The notes under the pieces: generated by a model
What the model saw: only the letters and a program-made list of their open reading frames with translations
The model's database searches: none
What the model was told of the DNA's origin: nothing
Sequence record: CP063550.1
From: a plasmid
Length of the DNA stretch: 64,000 nucleotides
Direction: 5' to 3' (one strand)
Made by a program: the position numbers and the translations under genes
Shown: in pieces, positions 63,796-64,000 of the stretch
Numbering within the stretch: the stretch's first letter is position 1
How the letters are laid out: every line of letters starts with the position of its first letter

Positions 63796-64000
63796 TTAAA
63801 TACTTCCTCCAGAAAGTATTGAGATTGGTAAAATATAATCCTTATTTGTCTTTTCGCCTTTAATTTTTTTCAGAAGAATATCAACAATAAGACTTGCAAT
63901 TTCATCAATTGGTTGTCTTATTGTTGTCAATTGTGGGAAAAATTTCTCAATAAAAGAGGTACCATCGTATCCAATAATTTTTAAATCTTCTGGGATATTA
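63796..64000 (-). CDS. LacI-family regulator, C-terminal part (3' end; continues past the window end)
   Basis: Minus-strand translation ...IPEDLKIIGYDGTSFIEKFFPQLTTIRQPIDEIAS...LPISILSGGSI, with the stop at 63796-63798. Confidence 0.6.
   Translation of the reverse strand, partial: NIPEDLKIIGYDGTSFIEKFFPQLTTIRQPIDEIASLIVDILLKKIKGEKTNKDYILPISILSGGSI

Overview
This 64-kb window is a mosaic accessory region of a low-GC Gram-positive genome. The insertion sequences point to Enterococcus: IS1216-type IS6 ends GGTTCTGTTGCAAAGTTT, an IS1251-like ISL3, and IS256-, IS30-, IS3-, IS4- and IS200/IS605-family elements. The first 9 kb holds an intact galactitol-type PTS (gatABC, minus strand) divergent from a DeoR regulator plus tagatose-6-phosphate pathway operon (lacABCD). 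After that comes a two-component system whose histidine kinase is fused to and truncated by an IS30 3' fragment, and a truncated IS3 copy lying beside a 74-bp repeat (labelled S).

From about 11.7 kb to 63.7 kb the sequence is bounded by an inverted repeat made of S plus an IS3-family element. Inside this roughly 49-kb block are:
- a defence-like cluster: PD-(D/E)xK nuclease-like ORFs divergent from an intact type I R-M system (hsdMSR);
- a 5.5-kb unit bracketed by inverted IS1216 copies, carrying a Gp49/HigB-like toxin with an XRE antitoxin, an AT-rich orphan gene with a nucleoside-2-deoxyribosyltransferase/DUF4062-like N-terminal domain (TIR-like Rossmannoid fold), and a frameshifted serine resolvase;
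- an IS256 element, integrase fragments, a nonsense-inactivated VOC-family dioxygenase, and a UvrA-N-terminal/LacI-C-terminal fusion remnant;
- two paralogous msm-like raffinose/melibiose loci (LacI regulators, ABC uptake systems, GH4 and GH36 alpha-galactosidases, a truncated GH13 glucosidase, sucrose phosphorylase), of which the first is decayed by nonsense mutations;
- a nonsense-inactivated IS4 transposase, and a DUF3173 gene plus integrase pseudogene convergent with an XerS-like recombinase that sits next to a perfect 11-6-11 palindrome;
- a Phd/Doc toxin-antitoxin pair, a ClbS/DfsB-like gene, an IS3 element, a ManNAc-type PTS module (rpiR, nanE, EIICB, EIIA), resolvase remnants split by an IS200/IS605 element, and a complete IS3 copy carrying a nested ISL3 insertion with 8-bp target duplications.

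The candidates most likely to be novel are the orphan deoxyribosyltransferase/DUF4062-like gene next to the HigBA-like pair, the PD-(D/E)xK nuclease beside hsdMSR, and the XerS-like recombinase with its palindromic site. Six accessory genes carry single in-frame stop codons, mostly consistent with C-to-T or G-to-A transitions, alongside two frameshifted genes.
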